A stretch of DNA of 64,000 nucleotides from Desulfovibrionaceae bacterium (lineage in GTDB: Bacteria; Desulfobacterota; Desulfovibrionia; Desulfovibrionales; Desulfovibrionaceae): NCBI GenBank assembly GCA_009782775.1, contig WRIL01000008.1, positions 762 to 64,761 on the forward strand. Reading direction: 5' to 3'. The notes beneath the pieces were generated by a model, which saw only the letters and a program-made list of their open reading frames with translations, did no database searches and was not told the origin of the DNA. Shown here piece after piece: positions 19,375 to 27,330 of this stretch. Positions within the stretch are counted from its first letter, which is position 1; each line of letters starts with the position of its first letter. A program made the position numbers and the translations under genes.

Positions 19375-21219
19375 ATGCCTTCACAAACCCGAGAGACCAA
19401 TGCCCATATCCGCAACATCGCCATCATCGCCCATGTGGATCACGGCAAGACCACCCTAGTGGACGCCATGTTCAGGCAAAGCGGTCTCTTCCGCGAGGGA
19501 CAGCAGGTGGATGAGCGCATCATGGACAGCCAGGATCTGGAGCGGGAGCGCGGTATAACCATTTCGGCCAAAAACTGCGCCGTGCGCTGGCAGGACGTGA
19601 AGATCAACATCGTGGACACCCCAGGCCACTCGGACTTCGGGGGCGAGGTGGAGCGGGCCCTGTCCATGGTGGACGGCTGCACCCTCCTGGTGGACGCCTC
19701 CGAAGGCCCGTTGCCCCAGACCCGCTTTGTGCTGAAAAAAGCCCTGGACGCCGGCCTGGACATCGTGGCGGCCATCAACAAGATTGATCGCAAGGACGCC
19801 AGGCCGGCCCAGGTGCTGGACGAAATTTACGACCTCTTCATTGATCTGGGGGCGGATGAGCGCCAACTGGACTTTCCGGTGCTTTACACCATCGGGCGGG
19901 AGGGCACGGCCACGTGCGACCCCGCCGTATCGGGGCGGGATCTCGCCCCCCTGTTTGAGGCCATCCTGAACCTGCCCGGCCCCCGGCATGATCCGGAAGA
20001 ACCTTTCCAGATGCGGGTGGCCGACCTGGCCTATTCCGATTACCTGGGACGCATGGCCGTGGGACGCATCCAGCACGGGAGCCTCTCGGCCAAAGACTCC
20101 CTGATCCTGGTGGATGCGGCGGGCAGGGAAATTCCCCTCAAGCTCACCAAGCTGCAAGTCTATGAAGGGCTGAAACTGCTGGAGACGGAGAGGGCCGCGC
20201 CCGGCGACATCGTGGTATTAGCCGGCGCGGAAAATGTAAACATCGGCGACACCGTATGCACCAGAGAGGCTCCCCGGCGGCTCCCCCGCATTATCGTTGA
20301 TGAACCCACGGTTTCCATGCGCTTTGCCATCAACAGCTCCCCCCTGGCCGGACATGAGGGAAAAATCGTGCAGTCCCGCCAAATCCATGAGCGCCTAAAA
20401 CTGGAAACCCTGCGCAATGTGGCTGTCAGCCTGGAGGAAAGCGGAGAAAAGGACAGCTTCATCGTCAAGGGCCGGGGAGAATTCCAGATGGCCATACTGG
20501 TGGAACAGATGCGCCGCGAGGGTTTTGAACTATCCGTGGGGCGGCCGGAGGTCATTATGAAAAAAGACGGCCAGCGCCTCCTGGAACCCATTGAACGCCT
20601 GCTGGTGGATTGCGCCGAGACCTTCATGGGGGTGGTGACCGAAAAGCTCTCCTTGCGCAAGGGGCGTATGCTCAGCCTGGTCAACAACGGCTCCGGCCGC
20701 GTCCGCATGGAGTTTTCCGTGCCCTCCCGCGGGCTCATCGGCCTGCGCGACGAATTTCTCACGGATACCAAAGGTACCGGAATCATGAATTCCTACCTGG
20801 AAGGCTACGACGAGTTCCGCGGCGATTTCCCCAGCCGCTTCACCGGATCCCTGGTGGCCGACCGGGCCGGCCGGGCCGTGGCTTACGCCCTCTTTAACCT
20901 GGAGCCGCGCGGCTCTCTATTTGTAGGCCCCAACGACCCGATCTACGAAGGCATGATCATCGGCGAACACAACCGGGAGAACGACATCGACGTAAACCCG
21001 GCCAAGGAGAAAAAACTCACCAACCTGCGGGCGGCGGGCAAGGACGAAAACGTCATCCTCACCCCCGTCCGGCCCATGACCCTGGAAATGGCCATCCATT
21101 TCGTGCGGCCTGACGAACTGGTGGAGGTCACCCCCCTATCCATCCGTCTGCGTAAAAAAGTTCTCAGCGCCCAGGAGCGCCACCGCCTGGAAGGCAAACG
21201 ACGCAAGGGAGAGGAATGA
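19375..21219 (+). CDS. typA: Translational GTPase TypA/BipA
   Basis: IRNIAIIAHVDHGKTTLVDAM, DTPGHSDFGGEVER, NKIDR. 614 aa. Confidence 0.95.
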   Translation: MPSQTRETNAHIRNIAIIAHVDHGKTTLVDAMFRQSGLFREGQQVDERIMDSQDLERERGITISAKNCAVRWQDVKINIVDTPGHSDFGGEVERALSMVDGCTLLVDASEGPLPQTRFVLKKALDAGLDIVAAINKIDRKDARPAQVLDEIYDLFIDLGADERQLDFPVLYTIGREGTATCDPAVSGRDLAPLFEAILNLPGPRHDPEEPFQMRVADLAYSDYLGRMAVGRIQHGSLSAKDSLILVDAAGREIPLKLTKLQVYEGLKLLETERAAPGDIVVLAGAENVNIGDTVCTREAPRRLPRIIVDEPTVSMRFAINSSPLAGHEGKIVQSRQIHERLKLETLRNVAVSLEESGEKDSFIVKGRGEFQMAILVEQMRREGFELSVGRPEVIMKKDGQRLLEPIERLLVDCAETFMGVVTEKLSLRKGRMLSLVNNGSGRVRMEFSVPSRGLIGLRDEFLTDTKGTGIMNSYLEGYDEFRGDFPSRFTGSLVADRAGRAVAYALFNLEPRGSLFVGPNDPIYEGMIIGEHNRENDIDVNPAKEKKLTNLRAAGKDENVILTPVRPMTLEMAIHFVRPDELVEVTPLSIRLRKKVLSAQERHRLEGKRRKGEE

Positions 21220-21395
21220 CAGGAGCATGTCCAAGGAAAAAACAATCTCATGACCGCCAGTTGGCATACTTCAATGAACTTTGAACCCGGCCTCGGCCAT
21301 ATGAACCTGAAATAAACAAACCATGCGACTTTAAGGAGAAGATCATGAAACTGGCTATCCTGGGCGCGGCGGCTCCATCGGCACCCCTGTTGCGC

Positions 21396-22034
21396 TCAGG
21401 ACACGATCCTGCCGTCGGCCAATTTAATGACCTTGCCGGTCAAGGCCAATATTTCTTCCAGGGAATGACTTACGTATAAAATCGGGATATTGAAGCGGGC
21501 ATTCAGCTCCTTGATAAAGGGCAGCATCTCCGTTTTGCGGGCCTCATCCAAAGAAGCCAGAGGCTCATCCATGAGGAGGACATCCGGATTGGAAAGAACC
21601 GCCCGTCCGAAGGCCACTCGCTGCTTTTCCCCGCCGGACAAGGTTTCAGGCTTTCTGGACAAGAGATGGGCGATGCCGAGCAACGCGATCACCTGGTCAA
21701 AATCAACCCCTTCCCCACCTGACTGCTCACGCCCCCGCCCGTAAAGCAAATTTCCCCTGACCGACAGATGCGGAAACAAAAGGCCTTCCTGGAACACATA
21801 GCCTACATTTCTTTTTTCAGGCGGAAGGTTTACGCCGCGCGTGGAATCAAACAGGCAACGCCCGCGGATGAAGACGCTGCCGGCATCAGGCCTTTGCAAA
21901 CCGGCCACCATGTTGATTATGGAGCTTTTCCCGGCCCCGGAAGGGCCGAACAAGGCGGTGATGCCGTCTTCATCGCTTTGAAAGACCACATCAATAAAGA
22001 ATGTTCCCTGACGGCGCTGTAACTGAACCCGCAT
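21396..22034 (-). CDS. modC: Molybdate ABC transporter ATP-binding protein (short form, no TOBE domain)
   Basis: Walker A GPSGAGKSS, signature LSGGEKQRVA, Walker B LLMDEPL. 212 aa. Operon with modB. Confidence 0.85.
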   Translation of the reverse strand: MRVQLQRRQGTFFIDVVFQSDEDGITALFGPSGAGKSSIINMVAGLQRPDAGSVFIRGRCLFDSTRGVNLPPEKRNVGYVFQEGLLFPHLSVRGNLLYGRGREQSGGEGVDFDQVIALLGIAHLLSRKPETLSGGEKQRVAFGRAVLSNPDVLLMDEPLASLDEARKTEMLPFIKELNARFNIPILYVSHSLEEILALTGKVIKLADGRIVS

Positions 22035-22037
22035 ATC

Positions 22038-22733
22038 CTAGCCCCGATGCCGCGCCAAGCGTTTTTCCAGCCAGTTGCTCCCGATCAGGGCCAGCAGGGC
22101 GATGAGCACGGCGATGATGCATAAGCGCAGGGCCGCGGCCTCCCCGTCAGGCGTCTGTGTCATGGTATAGAGGGCCAGGGGCAGGGTCTGCGTCCGTCCG
22201 GGGATATTGGAGACAAAGGTGATGGTCGCGCCGAATTCTCCCAGGCTGCGGGCAAAGGCCAGAACCATCCCGGTGACAACGCCCGGTATGGACAGCGGCA
22301 GGGTAATGGTGAAAAAAACGCGCCCCGGACCGGCCCCCAGGGTACGGGCGGCCATCTCCAGTCTTTTGTCCACAGTCTCCATGGAAAGGCGCACCGCGCG
22401 CACCAACAAGGGAAAGGCCATGACCGCCGAGGCCGCCACCGCCCCTTTCCAGGTAAAGGCTATGCTTATCCCAAACTGCTCATAGAGGACCTTTCCGATG
22501 ACCCCGTTACGCCCCAGTCCCACCAACAAAAGGTAACCTATGACTACCGGCGGCAATACCAGGGGCAGGTGCAAAAGCCCGTCCAACAGGCTTTTGCCGG
22601 GAAAATCCAGGCGGGAAAGCACCCAGGCCAAGGCAATTCCCAGGGGAAGACTGCACAACACCGCCCAGAAAGCGACTTTCAGGCTGAGCAGAAGGGCATC
22701 CACCTCCATTGGGGTTAAGGGTGAAAAAATCAT
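22038..22733 (-). CDS. modB: Molybdate ABC transporter permease
   Basis: EAA-type loop ARTLGAGPGRVFFTITLPL and six TM segments. GGAGGAG RBS precedes ATG at 22733 (MIFSPLTPMEVD); the track ORF begins 7 codons upstream. Confidence 0.88.
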   Translation of the reverse strand: MIFSPLTPMEVDALLLSLKVAFWAVLCSLPLGIALAWVLSRLDFPGKSLLDGLLHLPLVLPPVVIGYLLLVGLGRNGVIGKVLYEQFGISIAFTWKGAVAASAVMAFPLLVRAVRLSMETVDKRLEMAARTLGAGPGRVFFTITLPLSIPGVVTGMVLAFARSLGEFGATITFVSNIPGRTQTLPLALYTMTQTPDGEAAALRLCIIAVLIALLALIGSNWLEKRLARHRG

Positions 22734-22853
22734 TAAAACTCCTCCAATACGCACTTTGGCCCAATATACTTTGCTTAACAGGCTGGCGGGGCGAAACTGA
22801 ATTGATGATAAGCAGGGACCCAGCCCGTGTCAAAGAAGTAACCCAGCTACTTT

Positions 22854-23075
22854 TCACTCCACAGCTATAATCACGTGTGAGGCTTTGATTAAAGCGGTTA
22901 CGGCATCACCTTTTTTCAAATCTAGATTGGCGGCGCCTTCATTGGTGATGATGGCCGCGACAGACGCGCCTCCGGGCAGATCGATGACCACTTAAGTATT
23001 GACCGCGCCGGTTTTGCAACTGGCGACATTGCCTGTTAACTGGTTTCTGGCGCTGCTAACGGGAATCTTGCCCAT
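22854..23075 (-). pseudogene. mop: Mop/TOBE molybdate-binding protein gene interrupted by an in-frame TAA
   Basis: Own translation: MGKIPVSSARNQLTGNVASCKTGAVNT*VVIDLPGGASVAAIITNEGAANLDLKKGDAVTALIKASHVIIAVE. The stop is at 22994-22992, where Mop/TOBE proteins carry a conserved Glu. Both halves are below the ORF-track cutoff. Confidence 0.75.
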
Positions 23076-23236
23076 ATATTCCTCCGTGTTAAAGGCGTAG
23101 AAAAAATAACAATTATCTCTGCCGTTACACATAACTCTCCGGATATTCCCCTATGTACATTATTCACCCCAGGAGTATGCAGTCTGGGCTGTACGCAGGG
23201 TTTCCCCAAAGCCTACACGGACACGGTAGCATGGCA

Positions 23237-24010
23237 TTATTTGACCTCTAACCCGTACTTCGCCCAAATCTCTTTGGCAGGGGGCGAGCTCAAAAATTTA
23301 ATGAGCTCCAGCGCTGCCTTGCTATCAGATGATTTCACCGCCGCCGCCGGATAGGCGATATCCGGGTGGCTGTCCAGGGGAAAGGCTCCCACAACGCGCA
23401 CCTTGTCAGAAATGACCGCGTCGCTGGCATAGACGATGCCCAAAGGCGCTTCCGCGCGTTCCACCAGGGCCAGTCCAGCCCGAACGTCTTTGGCCGGGGC
23501 GAGCCTGTTTTCCACCTGCGCCCACAATTTCAGGTATTCCAAGGCCGCCTTGGCATATGTGCCAACCGGCACGTGCGCCGGGTCGCCCACCGCAAGCAGG
23601 CCGTCTTTCCCCAAAAGAGCGGCCAAGTCCAGTTCCGACGAAATCGTCAGGGATTGCACGGCGCTAGAAGCGGGAACGATAAAAACGATCCGGTTGCCCA
23701 GGAGAGCCGTGCGGCTGCCGGCTTCCAACAGTCCTTTATCCTCAAGGTAATTCATCCACTCCGCGTTAGCCGAAACAAAGACATCCGCCGGGGCGCCGTT
23801 TTCTATCTGCTTGGCCAGGGTGGAGGATGAAGCGAAGGAAAGGGCTACCGGCCCGTTTCCTCCAGCTTCATAGATCTTGGCTATTTCCATGAGGGCGTTG
23901 GTCGTGGACGCAGCGGCAAAGACCGTCAAATCCGCCGCCTTGGCCTGAACAACGCCGGCAGGCAGGAATAAACAGGCCGCCAGGCCCAGAATTTTGAACA
24001 TGCGTGACAT
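23237..24010 (-). CDS. modA: Molybdate ABC transporter substrate-binding protein
   Basis: Signal peptide MSRMFKILGLAACLFLPAGVVQA, then LTVFAAASTTNAL...ADVFVSAN, typical of ModA. Confidence 0.88.
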   Translation of the reverse strand: MSRMFKILGLAACLFLPAGVVQAKAADLTVFAAASTTNALMEIAKIYEAGGNGPVALSFASSSTLAKQIENGAPADVFVSANAEWMNYLEDKGLLEAGSRTALLGNRIVFIVPASSAVQSLTISSELDLAALLGKDGLLAVGDPAHVPVGTYAKAALEYLKLWAQVENRLAPAKDVRAGLALVERAEAPLGIVYASDAVISDKVRVVGAFPLDSHPDIAYPAAAVKSSDSKAALELIKFLSSPPAKEIWAKYGLEVK

Positions 24011-24034
24011 AGGCTTCTCCAGAATAAAAGGTTT

Positions 24035-24052
24035 TGACGTGTAAACACGTCA
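24035..24052. promoter_or_regulatory. Perfect 8-2-8 palindrome in the modA / regulator divergent intergenic region (candidate operator)
   Basis: TGACGTGT-AA-ACACGTCA read directly, 25 nt upstream of the modA start and 50 nt upstream of the regulator ATG. Confidence 0.5.
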
Positions 24053-24101
24053 TTGTGGGGTTTTAGACCTTGTGTTAAATATTGTCAAGGTGGAGGCCTT
24101 G

Positions 24102-25217
24102 ATGAGCGTCCATGATGAAAACATACGCTGCTCCATAAAGGAATATCGGCGGCGCAAGGGCCTGTCGCAGGATGAACTGGCGCGAATCGCGGGCATCAGG
24201 CGCCAGGCGGTTTATGATATGGAATCCGGACGTTACCTGCCCAACACCGCCGTGGCTCTCCGGCTGGCCCGCGCTCTCGGCTGCACCGTGGAAAGGCTTT
24301 TTACCGAAGACCCTCCGGCGGAATTGGAAAAAATCTATCTGCTGAACGAGGCCGAAGCGACGTCCAGATTGTCCCTAGCGCGGGTACGGGAAAAACTGGT
24401 CGGGATCTCCCTTCCGGAAGCCTCCGCACCCTCTTTCAGGCTGGAGACCTCGGATGCCCTTCTCCTAGCGGACAAAAGCATTGATTGCCTGATTCCGCGT
24501 GCGCAATTGGCCGGAACCGTCCTGATCCTTGGGTGCGATCCAGCCTTGAGCGTATTGGGCGGCCTGATAAGCCGCCTGACCCCCGGAATACGCGCCCATA
24601 CCGTCTTTGCTGCCAGCCGCCGTGCCCTGCTCTCCGTGAACGCGGGCAACGCGCATGTCGCGGGGATCCACTACCACGGCTCCAACCCAACGGAAGGCAA
24701 CCTGGAGGCCGTCCGTTCACTATTACCGGACCTGGACTGCCTGGTGGTAACCTTTGCCGCTCAAGAGGAAGGCGTTATGGTGGCCCCGGGGAACCCTCTG
24801 GCTATCCGCACGGTGGAAGATATCGCCAATGGAAAAACACGCCTGGCAAACCGCGAAGAAGGAGCCGCCCTGAGAAAATTGCTGGATACGCAGCTTGCGC
24901 GGCAGGGCATTCCGGCATCCGCGGTTAGGGGCTATACGGAAGAAGTGCATTCCCACAGCGAAGGGGGCATGCGGGTGGCCGGCAGGAACGCCGACGCGGC
25001 CCTGGGGTTGCGGGTAGTCGCGAAATCTTTTGGACTGGACTTCGTGCCGCTGGCCGTCACCCGTTGCGACCTGGTCATCCCCTTGGACTTGCGCGACCAT
25101 CCAGGCGTTACGCTGCTTCTGGAAGTATTGCAGTCGTCAGGACTAAGAAAGGAACTGGCTTCGCTGCCCGGTTACGACCCCTCTGAGGCCGGAAAAATCA
25201 TCCGCTCTCCGGGATAG
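24102..25217 (+). CDS. XRE-family HTH regulator fused to a periplasmic-binding-protein-like (molybdate/tungstate-sensing type) domain; TunR-like
   Basis: N-terminal IKEYRRRKGLSQDELARIAGIRRQAVYDMESGRYLPNTAVALRLARAL (XRE HTH) plus a ~300-aa C-terminal binding-protein-like domain. Divergent from modA, which matches the TunR-type architecture described for Desulfovibrio. ATG at 24102 follows GGTGGAGG. Confidence 0.7.
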   Translation: MSVHDENIRCSIKEYRRRKGLSQDELARIAGIRRQAVYDMESGRYLPNTAVALRLARALGCTVERLFTEDPPAELEKIYLLNEAEATSRLSLARVREKLVGISLPEASAPSFRLETSDALLLADKSIDCLIPRAQLAGTVLILGCDPALSVLGGLISRLTPGIRAHTVFAASRRALLSVNAGNAHVAGIHYHGSNPTEGNLEAVRSLLPDLDCLVVTFAAQEEGVMVAPGNPLAIRTVEDIANGKTRLANREEGAALRKLLDTQLARQGIPASAVRGYTEEVHSHSEGGMRVAGRNADAALGLRVVAKSFGLDFVPLAVTRCDLVIPLDLRDHPGVTLLLEVLQSSGLRKELASLPGYDPSEAGKIIRSPG

Positions 25218-25223
25218 ACGTTT

Positions 25224-25253
25224 TTGACAATTCTTCCGTAAGAATCTATTCTT
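25224..25253 (+). promoter_or_regulatory. Sigma-70-like promoter with embedded ATTCTT/AAGAAT repeats
   Basis: TTGACA (25224-25229), 17 nt, TATTCT (25247-25252). The spacer and -10 hold ATTCTT (25230-35), AAGAAT (25240-45) and ATTCTT (25248-53). Confidence 0.45.
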
Positions 25254-25289
25254 AGATAGCGAAAAGTCCAGCGCGGACGGGCCGCAGAT

Positions 25290-27215
25290 GTGCCAAACAT
25301 GAATAAGATACTTAAAGCCTGCCTGGCCTTGATCCTTGGTCTGGGGATACTGTGGCCGGACATTCCGGCCGCCGCGCCCGGAGAACGGCAGCGCTTGGTA
25401 TTTTTACAGGGCACGGACCAGGAATTTGAAGTTTATAAAATCCAGGGCCGCGAAAAAGGACCCACGGTAATGATCCTGGGCGGCATCCACGGTGACGAGC
25501 CCGGAGCCTTCCTTTCCGCCGATCTGCACACCAATCTCTCCCTGAAGCGCGGGAGCCTCATCGTGGCCCCCAGAGTGAATTCCCGTTCCATCATCCATAA
25601 CCAGCGCGGCTATGGCGGGGACATGAACCGCAAGTTCGCGCCGGATCAAGGCGATGACCCGGAATACCGGGTCATCGCCATCCTTAAAAGCCTGATGGCC
25701 GAAAGCGACGCCCTGATCACCCTGCATGACGGCTCCGGCTTTTACAACCCGGAATGGAAGGATAACCTCTCCAACCCCAGGCGTTACGGCCAGTCCATCA
25801 TAACCGATGCCGCCGTCTATGACTACGAAGGCAGGGAGATCCGCCTGCTGGAGCATGTGGAAAGATCCCTACAAAAGGTGAATCTGGAAATAGGCAACCC
25901 GCGCTATAAATTCACCCACTTCAACATGAACACGGACAGCGAAAACTCCCCCCACCAGGAACACCGCTTGTCTGCCACCTACTATGCCCTGACCCACCTT
26001 GGCATACCGGCCTTCTGCATCGAAATTTCCAAAAATCTCCCCTCCATGGAGATGAAGGTTTACCAGCATAACTTAGTACTCAACGCCCTGCTGGAAAGCC
26101 TGGGGGTGATCCCGGAAGAGCGGATTCTGGACCTGCCCTGTCCCCGTTTCAGCCACCTAGTCATCCTGGTGGATGAAAAACTGCCCCTAGCCCTGACCGC
26201 CGGACAGACCCTGACCGTCGCCCCCGGTGAAACCCTGCGCCTGCTCCATGTGGCCGCCAATTTCGCCCACGGACTGTCCGTGGACGTGGAGGAAGCGGGA
26301 GGCTTGAACGACCTGAACCGCCCGCTGATCCTGAACCGGGACGCAGATATCCTGGTGCGCAAGGATCACGAAATCCTGGGGAGGGTACACATCACCCTGC
26401 TGCCGGAAGCGGACTCCCTCAGGGTGCTCGGCAAAGCCGCGCCCTGGACCGAGGACGCCCCCATCTCTTCAAGCCTGGAACAGCTCGTCGGCACGCAGAT
26501 CCTGGCGGAACTGGAAGCCAGGAAGAACACGGCTCCAGAGCCCGCCCCGGCTGAAATTCCTCCGGAAACGCCGGCGGTTCTCCCCGGAACGGCAGAGACA
26601 GGCACGCCCGTGGTCACCGGTTTTCTGGTGGAACTTAACGGCCTCCCCCTGATCATCAAGCCCGGCGAAGAGTTAATCGTGCCGCCGGGCGCCCGGCTCC
26701 TCCTAGTGGACATACAAAGCTCCGCCCCTTTGCCGCCGCGGACGGTTATGAACCTGCGCGGCTACATCGCCCCGCGCAATGCCCAGTTCAATACCGGTGA
26801 AGACCGGGGAGGGCTGGTGGACACGGCCAAAGACCTTTTGTCGGCCTTCTCGGAAAACAAAGCCGGCGAGGTTTACCGCCTAAACGCGGAATTGGGCAAA
26901 GAAATCCTGAATTCCTGCTCCATCAGGCTCAGTCAGCCCACACTGGCCTCCGTAACCGTGCGCATCGCAGGAGAAACCCGGATTTTACCCCTGGGCAGCC
27001 GCACCGCAGTCGCGCCTGGGACTCCGGTGGAATTCCTGGAGGTTGCCATGAGCGGCGGACGGCCCCTGACCCGGCCGCGTTTCACCTTGGCCGGGCGCCC
27101 CTTGCCGCCTGACCTGCCCCAAACTTTGATTATGCGGGATATTGCCATCAACTTGGCCATCTTCGACGATGAACTCCTCACCGGCAAAGTCACCTGGGTT
27201 CCTCTAACACCATGA
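25290..27215 (+). CDS. Secreted zinc carboxypeptidase/deacylase-fold protein (AstE/AspA - Csd4/Pgp1-like) with three C-terminal repeat domains
   Basis: Signal peptide (M)PNMNKILKACLALILGLGILWPDIPAAAP; LGGIHGDEPG (HxxE metal site), APRVN, ITLHDGSGF. The C-terminal half holds three related segments with a (L/I)x(V/I)xPG(E/A/T)x(L/V)x(L/F)L(H/V/E)V core. Alternative start ATG at 25299. Confidence 0.6.
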   Translation: MPNMNKILKACLALILGLGILWPDIPAAAPGERQRLVFLQGTDQEFEVYKIQGREKGPTVMILGGIHGDEPGAFLSADLHTNLSLKRGSLIVAPRVNSRSIIHNQRGYGGDMNRKFAPDQGDDPEYRVIAILKSLMAESDALITLHDGSGFYNPEWKDNLSNPRRYGQSIITDAAVYDYEGREIRLLEHVERSLQKVNLEIGNPRYKFTHFNMNTDSENSPHQEHRLSATYYALTHLGIPAFCIEISKNLPSMEMKVYQHNLVLNALLESLGVIPEERILDLPCPRFSHLVILVDEKLPLALTAGQTLTVAPGETLRLLHVAANFAHGLSVDVEEAGGLNDLNRPLILNRDADILVRKDHEILGRVHITLLPEADSLRVLGKAAPWTEDAPISSSLEQLVGTQILAELEARKNTAPEPAPAEIPPETPAVLPGTAETGTPVVTGFLVELNGLPLIIKPGEELIVPPGARLLLVDIQSSAPLPPRTVMNLRGYIAPRNAQFNTGEDRGGLVDTAKDLLSAFSENKAGEVYRLNAELGKEILNSCSIRLSQPTLASVTVRIAGETRILPLGSRTAVAPGTPVEFLEVAMSGGRPLTRPRFTLAGRPLPPDLPQTLIMRDIAINLAIFDDELLTGKVTWVPLTP

Positions 27216-27330
27216 AAGGCAAATAAAAAAGTAGCCGAGGCATTGCCAGATCATGAAAGTTCTTTATTTTAGCCTAAAATATGTGTAGGAAAAATTGCGG
27301 TCTTTTCAAGCAAATATCCAGGAGATCAAG

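Noticed and set aside
23076-23236. 160-nt AT-rich spacer between modA and mop, considered as a Moco riboswitch
   Set aside because: I could not find the conserved Moco-motif elements or a convincing multi-stem fold by eye. It may just be the edge of a lower-GC insertion. A cmsearch with Rfam RF01055 would decide.
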